Part shown: piece after piece, positions 9,345 through 18,388 of the stretch
Numbering within the stretch: the first letter of the stretch is position 1
How the letters are laid out: each line of letters begins with the position of its first letter
IMG/VR virus record: IMGVR_UViG_3300037510_000134
Strand: one strand, 5' to 3'
Length of the DNA stretch: 64,000 nt
Origin: a virus
Taxonomy: Duplodnaviria; Heunggongvirae; Uroviricota; Caudoviricetes
Program-made: the position numbers and the translations under genes
The notes under the pieces: generated by a model
The model's input: only the letters and a program-made list of their open reading frames with translations
What the model was told of the DNA's origin: nothing
Database searches by the model: none

Positions 9345-9923
9345 TCATTTTAGATCCTCTTCTACTTTTGCAGCTACATCTAGTGCTGCTTGAATTGCTC
9401 CCCTGCCAGATACATTTTCATAAACCGAGCGATATTTAGCTTCATCGCATTTCACAATCAACTTGCGTAGTAGATCATTAAATTCTTTCAATTCATCATC
9501 ACTTACGTGACCTAGATCATGTAGCTTTAGAGTATTGAATACCTCTTCCGCAACCATGTTTGGATCATTGAATACTTTAAGCTCTTCATATTTAAGTAGA
9601 CTATCTAGCAGACTAACAGTTATTAGTCCGATACCACTACTTGGCTTTACATGGTCAGTGTAGAATCCTTGAGTATGCGGAAAAGGGTTCCATTTTCCGC
9701 CATTTAGTTGTGCAGCGATGAGGCCGATGAATCCCATAACAAACAAAAATGGAATAAAGGCCATAAAAAATGAACCCGCAACGGTCGAGCCCATAAAAAC
9801 AATCGCACTTGCGGCGGACACACCAAATAATGTATAACCGATGCCTCCCTTGGTCCAAATGAACTTCTCATAATAATCTTTCTTGATCTGATATTTGAGA
9901 TATGGTCCAACTACCTTGTACAT
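9345..9923 (-). CDS. membrane protein (192 aa)
   Basis: Two or three hydrophobic helices in the N-terminal half. Confidence 0.4.
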   Translation of the reverse strand: MYKVVGPYLKYQIKKDYYEKFIWTKGGIGYTLFGVSAASAIVFMGSTVAGSFFMAFIPFLFVMGFIGLIAAQLNGGKWNPFPHTQGFYTDHVKPSSGIGLITVSLLDSLLKYEELKVFNDPNMVAEEVFNTLKLHDLGHVSDDELKEFNDLLRKLIVKCDEAKYRSVYENVSGRGAIQAALDVAAKVEEDLK

Positions 9924-10057
9924 CGCGTCTCCTCTCTGGTGTGCCTGTAGTCTAACATGGGTGACCCCGAGAGGTCAAGACCTTCTCGGGGGTTTCTACT
10001 GTCGGGCCACGAAGAGTTGAACTTCGTCCGCTCCTGTCCAAGAGGACCATGCTACCG

Positions 10058-10507
10058 TCACACCCTAGCCCGATCAACTTTCCAGAAATTAAAATAGTTT
10101 GCCGTTCTAATCAAATGACAATTAGCACATCTAACATCGCATTTAGCAATTTCTTTCTCTATTAGAGCAATACTATAATCATACATTTCCGAAATGTTGT
10201 ATAGCTTTTCAACATTATCTCTGTGATCGAATTGGAGAACTATTGGATTATTGTTACCGCAGTCTATACAGGAATTCTTCTCTAGTACAGACCAAATAAA
10301 TTCTCTTACTTTCTCTCTTCGTTCGCGAACAAGCTCATATTTCCTATTTATATAAGTCTTGCCAGCTTGCCTATCATGATCATAGACTTTATAACAAGCC
10401 TTGCACCACGATGCACGTGTCCCTTTTGCTTTATTTCTCCACGAAAAGTTGGATTCTTCTTTCCATGCATCACATTTATTACATAGTTTCATGTATTGAG
10501 TATACAT
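10058..10507 (-). CDS. HNH endonuclease
   Basis: CxxC zinc knuckles plus DHRDN and CANCH motifs typical of HNH nucleases. Confidence 0.65.
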   Translation of the reverse strand: MYTQYMKLCNKCDAWKEESNFSWRNKAKGTRASWCKACYKVYDHDRQAGKTYINRKYELVRERREKVREFIWSVLEKNSCIDCGNNNPIVLQFDHRDNVEKLYNISEMYDYSIALIEKEIAKCDVRCANCHLIRTANYFNFWKVDRARV

Positions 10508-10833
10508 GGTTTGAACTCATAAAGCAAAGGTTCAAGTTACTTACTCTTGCTCTTAGCTTTACGCCTTTGAGGTAGCGCGAAGATAATTAACTTGCCAATT
10601 TCAAGTTTGGTCTGTCGGCCCAGCATTTCATATTCTTCGCGTAAACGTTCTAGTTCAGATTGATCCTTTAGAGTAATAACATGATTCTTTTGCTTGGCCA
10701 TTAGTTTTTGCCTTTCTCGGCTTTTTCTTCTCGCTTTTTCATTTCTTCAATTACTTTTTGAACCTGCATTGCGGTGCGCAATTTGTCTTCTTCTGTTGGT
10801 TCGTCTGCCATTGTGACTCCATCTTACATGTAG

Positions 10834-10857
10834 GGAGGGGGTTTGTCAACCCCCTCC
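10834..10857. terminator. GC-rich hairpin (8-bp stem GGAGGGGG/CCCCCTCC, 8-nt loop)
   Basis: Perfect inverted repeat 7 nt downstream of the stop of ORF 10864..11106; T-rich tract only on the plus-strand side. Confidence 0.4.
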
Positions 10858-10863
10858 TGCTAC

Positions 10864-11106
10864 TTACTTATTTGGTGTTCCGTCGCTTGTAATAACCCCA
10901 TCATTAAGGTTATCTACCTTTTTGACCTCAAATGAATCCTCTGGAATTCTTTGGGTTGAAACAATAAGTGCCTTAGCCTTTTCTTCGTGATTAGTTTCAC
11001 CACGATTCATAGGTGCAGTACCTGCATGCTCAACTTCAACAGACTTTCCATCCTTGGAAACTGAGTATCTATAAATACGCTTTGCTGCGTCAGTCATATT
11101 TGTCAC
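10864..11106 (-). CDS. hypothetical protein (80 aa)
   Basis: ORF track. Confidence 0.3.
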   Translation of the reverse strand: MTNMTDAAKRIYRYSVSKDGKSVEVEHAGTAPMNRGETNHEEKAKALIVSTQRIPEDSFEVKKVDNLNDGVITSDGTPNK

Positions 11107-11378
11107 CTCCGACGTTTCTGACTTCCTATATATAGTATACCCAATATTAATGGTATTTAATCACATATATCCACGTGATTTTGCGCTTACCACCGCCGCA
11201 GTTAAGGCGCAAGCAGTTGCTCCGTCTCCCCAACTATATTCTTGTGTAGTGACCGTGCTACCTTCACGAATTGCATCAGCTAGGGTGAAGTTAGTTGTTA
11301 CTTCTAGTTCAATTGTACCAAGTTCAGCTTCAAGTTCACGTTGACGACGTAGTTCCGCTGCCTTTTCTTCTACTCTAC

Positions 11379-12185
11379 TCATACATTTCCTCCAAATGTT
11401 TGTACTGCCATAACAACCTTTTCCCAAGTTATATTCTCATGCTTGCCTTCAATATCATTTCTATAAAATAGAATATTGTAAGTGTCTGTTAACATATTAT
11501 ATCTCATAATAAACAATCTTTTGTCTTCGTATTTAACTACTGTTTGATCAAAGCTATCTTTCTCACCTAAGATTAAAGGGCTATTTAGTTCTAATGCATT
11601 TACAAGTATATCTAAGAATAGAAATAGAGCCTCTGATTGTATAGCTGTTGTAATTGCCTTAGCTTTTAGATCCTTTTTATTAGACTTTAACTGGTCTTTT
11701 AAACCTTGAATCTTAGGGAACAAAGGGAAGAAATTTGGCTTACTGTCCTTTGGCTTTTGCTCAAGGGTCTTTGCTTCAGTAAGACCAGCATCATCATATT
11801 GATCATATTTCTTAACACCAGGTGGACGAAACGTGAGGAATCCAGAAGTATCTAATTGCTTCTTAATACCTTCTTGAACCACTCCATGCTTGGCTAATAC
11901 ACCGATAATTTCTTTTAATGCATCTGTACTTAAATCTGTGTTTATATAAATATGAGAATGTCCTTCAGTTGTCGATGGCGCAATAAAATGTTCTTGATCT
12001 AAATCAAGAAACAATGTATGTTTGCCATTAACTTTTTGGGAGCTGATCAAATTTGCATCAAGGGGGTGCACTTCTACGTGGGCTCTTTCAAAGCCTGGAC
12101 CGCTCGAATCATGACTTAAGCTAGCGCGAAAGAATACGTTTGATTTTAACCACCTTGGCAAATTTAGAAAGTTTTCCAGCTTCAT
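11379..12185 (-). CDS. hypothetical protein (268 aa)
   Basis: ORF track; no motif recognised. Confidence 0.4.
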   Translation of the reverse strand: MKLENFLNLPRWLKSNVFFRASLSHDSSGPGFERAHVEVHPLDANLISSQKVNGKHTLFLDLDQEHFIAPSTTEGHSHIYINTDLSTDALKEIIGVLAKHGVVQEGIKKQLDTSGFLTFRPPGVKKYDQYDDAGLTEAKTLEQKPKDSKPNFFPLFPKIQGLKDQLKSNKKDLKAKAITTAIQSEALFLFLDILVNALELNSPLILGEKDSFDQTVVKYEDKRLFIMRYNMLTDTYNILFYRNDIEGKHENITWEKVVMAVQTFGGNV

Positions 12186-12627
12186 TGTTCACCCCCTGCG
12201 GTACTGGGAATGCAATATCCTTTATGTCCGCAACGTTTTCAATCCAGTCTGCAATATCCTCGCGCTTCCACTTGTACATATCATTGAGATCAATAACTGT
12301 ACTCCATAGCTTTCCATTTTCACCCGTTACAGGATGCTTAACTATTAAATTAACACCTGGCAATTGTTGAGATAAGTCTGCGTGATGTGTGCTACTGGAA
12401 TGCTCTTTAAACCCTATAGATTTGAGTATAGCCTTTTTAATAACTACATTAACGCCTTCTTTATCCATAAGATCTTCTAGGGCCTGTTTACTGTCTTCTG
12501 TAGTGAAATATAGTTTGACCATTTCAAGATCAGTGTACGCTATAATAACCCGGCGAGACTCCAGTAAAAGATCAGAATCTAATTGTACAGGATCTGTTAT
12601 ATCAATTAGTCCCATAATTCGCCCCAA
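12121..12627 (-). CDS. hypothetical protein (168 aa)
   Basis: ORF track. Confidence 0.4.
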   Translation of the reverse strand: MGRIMGLIDITDPVQLDSDLLLESRRVIIAYTDLEMVKLYFTTEDSKQALEDLMDKEGVNVVIKKAILKSIGFKEHSSSTHHADLSQQLPGVNLIVKHPVTGENGKLWSTVIDLNDMYKWKREDIADWIENVADIKDIAFPVPQGVNNEAGKLSKFAKVVKIKRILSR

Positions 12628-13103
12628 TGTTCAGATAGCCACTGTAGTGCTTCTGTCATATACACACGCTGCCAGTATTCAATCTGCTCTGATTTTATGC
12701 AATATTCATCAAACCCCGGCTGGCCAGCCGGACTAATCCAATAACCATTTTCATCTACCTGAATAAAATCTTCATCGTCATTAGACCAATCGATATTATC
12801 ATAAAGTACTGAATTGCAATCAGTAGCGTAGAATTCAAGCTTACTTGCGATAAGCTCATACTGTTCTTCATCCCGATAAAGATGACCATAGGCAACTAGC
12901 ATTCGCAATCCATTAGCCATAACAGCAGCCATATGAGAAGACATATTCCATGTATCACGTTCATTAAGACCGTATGGTCTAGGCTCATTATCTAAATAAA
13001 TAAGTCTATTGGGCACCTTACGCTCTCTATTAAGATTCACCTGCTGTGCAATTACTTCATCAAACATGCTGTTCTCTCCAACCGCTCCTGATATCGGCTT
13101 CAT
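12606..13103 (-). CDS. hypothetical protein (165 aa)
   Basis: ORF track. Confidence 0.4.
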   Translation of the reverse strand: MKPISGAVGENSMFDEVIAQQVNLNRERKVPNRLIYLDNEPRPYGLNERDTWNMSSHMAAVMANGLRMLVAYGHLYRDEEQYELIASKLEFYATDCNSVLYDNIDWSNDDEDFIQVDENGYWISPAGQPGFDEYCIKSEQIEYWQRVYMTEALQWLSEHWGELWD

Positions 13104-13233
13104 GTTGAATTTGCCTAGATTGTCTTTCTAGCTCTGCATCCCAATATGGATCATTATAATCATAATCTGCATAAAATTCCATTGCCAAATCATCTGGATG
13201 CATACCCATTAAATCCATTTTATCTCCTCTAAT

Positions 13234-13311
13234 TTGGGGTGACCGGAGGGAATCGAACCCTCAGCCGCTGGATTCACAGTCCAGCCATCTGCCAATTGAA
13301 AGTACGGCCAC
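13234..13311 (-). tRNA. tRNA-His (anticodon GTG), CCA encoded
   Basis: T-arm GAGGG-TTCGATT-CCCTC; acceptor GTGGCCG/CGGTCAC; anticodon stem CTGGA/TCCAG with loop CTGTGAA; D-arm poorly resolved. Confidence 0.6.
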
Positions 13312-13313
13312 AG

Positions 13314-13384
13314 CTCTCCCACCGGGATTCGAACCGAGACTAACAGATTCAAAGTCTGTTGTGCTACCATTACACCATGGGAGA
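13314..13384 (-). tRNA. tRNA-Gln (anticodon TTG)
   Basis: Acceptor TCTCCCA/TGGGAGA; D-arm GTGT-AATGGTA-GCAC; anticodon stem ACAGA/TCTGT with loop CTTTGAA; T-loop TTCGAAT. Confidence 0.7.
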
Positions 13385-13733
13385 CCGGTAACACCACAAT
13401 ACATGGGTTACCTACCTTTGTCAAGGTCTATATTTTTTACCGCAATAGCATTCATGCCATCCAGAATGGCCTTTATCCTTTGAGCATTTATGCCAGTGCT
13501 TATGTGTAGCACTACAATAGCCTGTAATCACTCCACTAGGTATTTCACATGTTTTCATAATTAACACCTACCACTTTGCTTTACAGATACAGTTATGCTT
13601 GCCCGGATGATCCTTTTTCATAAAACATGTATGCCAGCCTTGATGAGTAACAACACATTGTCCGTTATTCAAATGTAATTTTGAATTACAATACTCAGTC
13701 TTGCTCATTTAATACTCCCATACAATTTTCATT

Positions 13734-14198
13734 TCACTCCAAGTCATATACCGTTACAGATAGATTTGGAAGTGTTCTATTGATGATTGGTTCGATCTCA
13801 TCCCAAGATCCCCCGGCAAGACCCGTACCAATTCTTGGCATATGCACACTAGCATTTAGATAAGATGCTCCTGAGTTTAACTGATTTAAACATGCTTCTA
13901 ATGCATAGTATGATAATGGTTGTGGATTGTCAGCACTAACAATACCATCTTGTGCAACCATATTAGCTACATAAATGTCTTGTTCTACTTGAACGTATTG
14001 ATTGCGACCAAGATAGTATTTACCTACATGACCACGCGATGCCCACCACCTAAAATTAGTTTCAGGATCTTCCCACCGGGCATTAATAGCCCCAGTAAAT
14101 CCAGCGCCCCAAGCACCAATATTATTACATACATGGGCAACGATCTTCATGCCATCACCTTGTGGATATGTAGCGTCACCAATTACATAATTAATCAA
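13734..14198 (-). CDS. macro domain protein (ADP-ribose binding/hydrolase fold)
   Basis: KIVAHVCNNIGAWGAGFTGAI and RIGTGLAGGSWDEIEPII resemble the two conserved Gly-rich macro-domain motifs. Confidence 0.5.
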   Translation of the reverse strand: MINYVIGDATYPQGDGMKIVAHVCNNIGAWGAGFTGAINARWEDPETNFRWWASRGHVGKYYLGRNQYVQVEQDIYVANMVAQDGIVSADNPQPLSYYALEACLNQLNSGASYLNASVHMPRIGTGLAGGSWDEIEPIINRTLPNLSVTVYDLE

Positions 14199-14216
14199 TT
14201 CTTAAATCTCTTTTCT

Positions 14217-14447
14217 TTATTGCCATTCATTGCTTAATCGCTCCAAGAACGCTGGAACTTTGTTGTCATCATAAAAAGGATCAAGGTCTGTAGCACGAAT
14301 TGAATCAGCTAGATCTGGATCTAGTTCATATAGAACATTAAAACAAGTTTGGCCAAATCGCAAGTGTCCTGAATTAACAAATGAGTGCGAAACATTCATC
14401 AAGTAGTGACTAAAGGTTTCAGCCATGTACATTACGCCTCCGAGCAA
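14217..14447 (-). CDS. hypothetical protein (76 aa)
   Basis: ORF track. Confidence 0.3.
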   Translation of the reverse strand: MLGGVMYMAETFSHYLMNVSHSFVNSGHLRFGQTCFNVLYELDPDLADSIRATDLDPFYDDNKVPAFLERLSNEWQ

Positions 14448-14622
14448 TCTTCTTACTAAGTCCTATTCTAGCTTTTCGTTCCGAATCAGAAGTATCTTCT
14501 CCGGTTTCACACACTGACATATCAATACCGTCGTAGTAAGTACGCATTGTACATTCTACTCCATTAGTTACCGCTCTAAAGTTAATTCCTACAGAAGGCC
14601 ATACAGGATTAGTCATTTTCAT
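14419..14622 (-). CDS. hypothetical protein (67 aa)
   Basis: ORF track. Confidence 0.3.
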   Translation of the reverse strand: MKMTNPVWPSVGINFRAVTNGVECTMRTYYDGIDMSVCETGEDTSDSERKARIGLSKKIARRRNVHG

Positions 14623-14745
14623 CCTCTAGTTCTGGATAGAGTTCTTCATCCGTGTAATCTTTACGCCACTCACGCTTCTCCAATTGCTTTACCTTCTTTT
14701 TTCTAGGAAAAACAAAACGCTTAATGGCCTTTTTACCAATCAGCT

Positions 14746-14973
14746 TCATTTCTTTTTATACCTGTCAGGTCGCTCTTTGTTATAGGGTGATTTCTGTCCT
14801 TCAAAACCTTTAGAACGTTTTGGGCTTTTTCTACTTCCTTTACAGTCTGAAACAGATAAGATATCGTTTTTCGGTTTGTGACCGGGAACTCTATCATATA
14901 AATTGCTGTCTACCCACAAATCACATACAGAACATTGAACTGCTTTCTTATCATTCCACTTACTAGATCCCAT
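14746..14973 (-). CDS. small basic protein with CxxC motif (75 aa)
   Basis: CSVCDLWVD; Lys/Arg-rich. Confidence 0.3.
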   Translation of the reverse strand: MGSSKWNDKKAVQCSVCDLWVDSNLYDRVPGHKPKNDILSVSDCKGSRKSPKRSKGFEGQKSPYNKERPDRYKKK

Positions 14974-15006
14974 ATCTCTCCCAAATCAATCTTTTATATA
15001 TTCGTG

Positions 15007-15077
15007 AGACGAATATGGGAATCGAACCCATTTGCAATCTTTTGCAGAGATCTGGCTATCCAACTGCCTCATTCGCC
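15007..15077 (-). tRNA. tRNA-Cys (anticodon GCA)
   Basis: Acceptor GGCGAAT/ATTCGTC; anticodon stem GATCT/AGATT with loop CTGCAAA; T-arm ATGGG-TTCGATT-CCCAT. Confidence 0.7.
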
Positions 15078-15081
15078 AAAG

Positions 15082-15165
15082 TGTGCCGGGAGGGATTTGA
15101 ACCCCCAACGTATCTTCGTAACGCATTTACAGTGCGCCTGCTTCAGCCAATTTGCATACCGACAC
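15082..15165 (-). tRNA. tRNA-Tyr (anticodon GTA), type II with long variable arm
   Basis: 84 nt; acceptor GTGTCGG/CCGGCAC; anticodon stem GCGCA/TGCGT with loop CTGTAAA; about 14-nt variable arm; T-arm GGGGG-TTCAAAT-CCCTC. Confidence 0.7.
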
Positions 15166-15284
15166 GTATTAATTATCTTCCAGGATGCTTTTCAGCAATA
15201 TGAGCCAACAGTTCATTTGGATCAGTATAAACTGTAGGATCATTACACCATGGACATTTTTTAGCAAACCCCATTATTTACTCC

Positions 15285-15491
15285 CTAATACCATTTTTTG
15301 TTTGTACAGTAAGCCCACTTAGAAGTTTTCTGCATAACGCCCTTTACTTCTTTATGTTCATAAATTTTATGTGGACTAATTGTGCCGTCAGGATAGTGAT
15401 CTGTTGAAATTCCGCATACATCACATGGTTTCTTTTGTGTAGTTCTCATGTGGGGATTTTTACCTCCCCGGCTAAATTTCTTGTCACCCAT
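15285..15491 (-). CDS. zinc-ribbon mini-protein (68 aa)
   Basis: CDVCG...CTNKKWY Cys pairs; basic. Confidence 0.35.
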   Translation of the reverse strand: MGDKKFSRGGKNPHMRTTQKKPCDVCGISTDHYPDGTISPHKIYEHKEVKGVMQKTSKWAYCTNKKWY

Positions 15492-15494
15492 ACT

Positions 15495-15596
15495 TCACCC
15501 ATTCGGATGTTGATCACGTATATGGTCTTCTAGTTTTTTAATTGTCTTATAAGGTTGTTTACATATTGGACACTTTAGAACTTTTTCCACTCCCAT
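15495..15596 (-). CDS. C2H2 zinc-finger mini-protein (33 aa, MGVEKVLKCPICKQPYKTIKKLEDHIRDQHPNG)
   Basis: Hand translation; exact C-x2-C-x12-H-x4-H spacing of a classical C2H2 finger; below the ORF-track size cutoff. Confidence 0.4.
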   Translation of the reverse strand: MGVEKVLKCPICKQPYKTIKKLEDHIRDQHPNG

Positions 15597-15611
15597 ATCT
15601 ACCTCCTAGCG

Positions 15612-15685
15612 TGGACCCTAGGAGAATCGAACTCGCTCGTCAGGAATCTTGCAAGGATTCCCCGGACCAACCAGTCACAGAGCCC
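15612..15685 (-). tRNA. tRNA-Ala (anticodon TGC)
   Basis: Acceptor GGGCTCT/AGGGTCC with G3:U70 wobble pair (Ala identity element); anticodon stem GAATC/GATTC with loop CTTGCAA; T-loop TTCGATT. Confidence 0.65.
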
Positions 15686-15707
15686 AGTGAATTAAATTGA
15701 ACTTGCA

Positions 15708-16232
15708 ATGCAAGTCTGTTATAATTCACATATGAATAGAAATTGTAACTATTGTACATCACCTTACCATGCTGAGACAAGATATGTCAATAGAGGGCAA
15801 GGATTATATTGCTCTAGATCTTGCTCTAGCAAGGGCAATGCATTACTACGTAAACCAAAACCTAATGTAGTCTGCGCTTACTGTGGAATTGACTTTTATA
15901 AAAATAAAAGTAAGCAAAATACTAGCAAGAGCGGCCTTTACTTCTGCACGCGTAAACATAAAGATTTAGCACAAAAACTTGGAGGTATACCTGAAATAAT
16001 GCCTCCACATTATGGCACTGGTATTGCTGAAGATTATAGAACTAAAGCTTTTCTAGCATACCCGCCTGAATGTAGGCAGTGTGGATGGAAAGAATATCCA
16101 CAAGTCCTTGAAGTAAATCACATAGATTGTGATAGAACTAATAATGATCTATCTAATCTAGAGATATTGTGTCCAACTTGTCATCGTGTATTTCATTTTA
16201 CTACTAAAACCGGACCTTGGGGTCGGTTGTAG
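15708..16232 (+). CDS. HNH homing endonuclease (plus strand, inside tRNA array)
   Basis: Four CxxC pairs plus VNHIDCDRTNNDLSNLEILCPTCH HNH motif; only convincing plus-strand gene in the window. Confidence 0.7.
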   Translation: MQVCYNSHMNRNCNYCTSPYHAETRYVNRGQGLYCSRSCSSKGNALLRKPKPNVVCAYCGIDFYKNKSKQNTSKSGLYFCTRKHKDLAQKLGGIPEIMPPHYGTGIAEDYRTKAFLAYPPECRQCGWKEYPQVLEVNHIDCDRTNNDLSNLEILCPTCHRVFHFTTKTGPWGRL

Positions 16233-16302
16233 TCCGACTGGGATTCGAACCCAGACTGTTACGCTTTTGAGGCGTATTCCTCTGCCGTTGGGATACCGGA
16301 CC
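16230..16302 (-). tRNA. tRNA with anticodon CAA (Leu codon UUG), class-I length
   Basis: Acceptor GGTCCGG/TCGGACT, discriminator A; anticodon stem TACGC/GCGTA with loop CTCAAAA; T-arm CTGGG-TTCGAAT-CCCAG; only 5-nt variable loop. Confidence 0.6.
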
Positions 16303-16996
16303 ATAACCCTTACGGGTTAATTTTTACTTGACTAGGTAATTGACCTGAACCAGCACATTTTCTTAAAACCGGATTTGAAGGATGTCCATGCGCAGGTACA
16401 GAGCTTCTACCCATATCAGCATCTATCCATTGTTTACAGACGCTACATTTCATTGACTTACTGCTCATTATTTCTTCTTACATGTCTGATTTACATGCTT
16501 CTTATTAAAGGGTGAAATTGGAGTATACCATGTTCCACATCTTTTGCATTCTACAGCAGGAGGATGTGTGCCATCCTTATTATTCATTTACTAAATCCCC
16601 AGTTAGATACTTTTACCCGTTACACTTTTTACCTCGTGTTTTACCCAATGCCTTCGTGTCCTTTTTAAAATGCTCGACTCCGGGCGTTCTCCATGTACCA
16701 CATAAAGGGCACTGTGCAGCGGGTCCTTTTATTTCCTTAGACATCTTTCTCCTAATATATTATTTAGTACACTGCCCTGTACGATGTGGTTCGCTATCTG
16801 GAGGCAGGGGCACATAAAATTCATGACAGTGTCTACATTCAATAGCCCTTGGTCTAGGGGTGTTCTTAGCCAACTTACGCATTTTCTTTACTTTATTCTT
16901 ACACATAATCATCATCCTTAATAGAAGGGCTGGTGCCGTACGTTTAAGCGATTGCACACCATTTAAGTCCCCGCGTGGAAACACCTATCAACTCAG

Positions 16997-17320
16997 CTAC
17001 ATTAGTTCAAGCCATGGCTTGCTTCTATCACTAGCTTTTTCAAGGTCAACCTCTGACAGAGTACCCCGTCGAACCGCAGCTTTGTAAAGTGCCGCAACAG
17101 GCTTGCGTTCAGTAATACTGGTCCATAGTGACGTACTGACTGCCAATCGTAGTTTCTCGGGCTTGAGAACACCACGGTCACACTTACGAACCTTGCCCGT
17201 AGTGCCCGCCAGGACATCCCCTACAGCCATCGTAGGCAAAATCTGAGCTGCTACAGTTTCCAGGCGTTCCTTGGCCCGCTCGTAATCTCTGTAGGCTGCG
17301 ATCCAGTCGTCTGCAAGCAT
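16997..17320 (-). CDS. hypothetical protein (107 aa)
   Basis: ORF track. Confidence 0.35.
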   Translation of the reverse strand: MLADDWIAAYRDYERAKERLETVAAQILPTMAVGDVLAGTTGKVRKCDRGVLKPEKLRLAVSTSLWTSITERKPVAALYKAAVRRGTLSEVDLEKASDRSKPWLELM

Positions 17321-17345
17321 GTTTGACCTCCTGTTGTCTTCGTTG

Positions 17346-17373
17346 GGCTTAGCCTACCATAGGTAGGCTAGCC
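17346..17373. terminator. strong hairpin (about 13-bp stem GGCTTAGCCTACC/GGTAGGCTAGCC)
   Basis: Near-perfect inverted repeat in the intergenic gap between minus-strand ORFs; no obvious U-tract. Confidence 0.35.
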
Positions 17374-17503
17374 AGTCAAGACTTAGATGCCTCGGCGTGC
17401 GATGAACACGATGCCTGCAATAATAGCGATCACGATCAATACTGTCAATAGTAGTTCCATTTGGATACACCTCCTACATTTAGGATACCCCAAATGACAC
17501 AAA

Positions 17504-18106
17504 TTATGTCTTCTGAGCAGAAACTCTTTGATGTCTTGGTAAAGGTAATGTTACTAGCCAGAACAACAATAGATTAAGTTGAATCAGTAAACTTGGTAAT
17601 CCAATAAAAGGTATCAATATTATCACTATACCTAATACCTTAGGTAATGTTTTTAGAGATCCTTTTCTACGTATCTTGTTACCTATTGCCCCTAATCTAA
17701 CTCCTGCCCACATAATCCATTGACGAATCTTCGGGATGCCGCCAGTATCATTCATGGCTTCTCTAAAGATCTCATCTACCCTATTACTCTCGATCTCAAA
17801 TTCTTTCTTTCCAAGGCCATTAGTAATAAGATAATCATGAACTATAGCAGCTTTTCTATATGGACCATCTTTTGGATATATCCAACTTAATGCTCTTGGG
17901 ATTGAAGCATAGTCTGTTTCATAGTCTTTTGGCACTGTATATACAATACCATTTTTATCCTGGTAGACTACTTTCTCCAAGAGACGTTTCATGTTAGTAT
18001 CTGAGTCTTCTTCTACTTTTACATTTCCAGTTAAGAATCCCATATAATTTATTGTACATAATTTAATGTAAAATGTAAAAGGGGCTTTTACGCCCCCTTT
18101 ACTCAA
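17504..18106 (-). CDS. hypothetical protein with C-terminal TM segment (200 aa)
   Basis: ORF track; hydrophobic C-terminus. Confidence 0.4.
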   Translation of the reverse strand: MSKGGVKAPFTFYIKLCTINYMGFLTGNVKVEEDSDTNMKRLLEKVVYQDKNGIVYTVPKDYETDYASIPRALSWIYPKDGPYRKAAIVHDYLITNGLGKKEFEIESNRVDEIFREAMNDTGGIPKIRQWIMWAGVRLGAIGNKIRRKGSLKTLPKVLGIVIILIPFIGLPSLLIQLNLLLFWLVTLPLPRHQRVSAQKT

Positions 18107-18336
18107 AATACTTCAGGTGCCACTGAGTCTTCACCAGCGAAGTCTCTAAGCTCCTTTTCTGCATTCTTAACCTTAACTACCACTACAGTACCAAGGAAGT
18201 TTGCTACAGCTAGAGCTAGAGCTGTTACCCAAGTTTGTGCATCAGCTAGGCCGTCTAGAATACCAACAAGTCCAACGTTAACACCACCTGTTACAGCAGC
18301 AGCGATACCCTTAGCATATTCTCTTAAATTTGCCAA
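18103..18336 (-). CDS. small membrane protein (77 aa)
   Basis: Gly/Ala/Val-rich TM helices. Confidence 0.35.
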   Translation of the reverse strand: MANLREYAKGIAAAVTGGVNVGLVGILDGLADAQTWVTALALAVANFLGTVVVVKVKNAEKELRDFAGEDSVAPEVF

Positions 18337-18388
18337 AATTTACACCTCCTTTTAACAAGCCTGTGTAATTCAATTATATATGTATTTA

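Noticed and set aside
14935-15237. Plus-strand ORFs overlapping tRNA genes (14935..15237, 15015..15203, 35092..35340, 35345..35554, 35391..35627, 16512..16817, 32936..33133)
   Set aside because: They are antisense to convincing tRNA genes or zinc-ribbon mini-ORFs and have no RBS; they are by-products of the ORF track.
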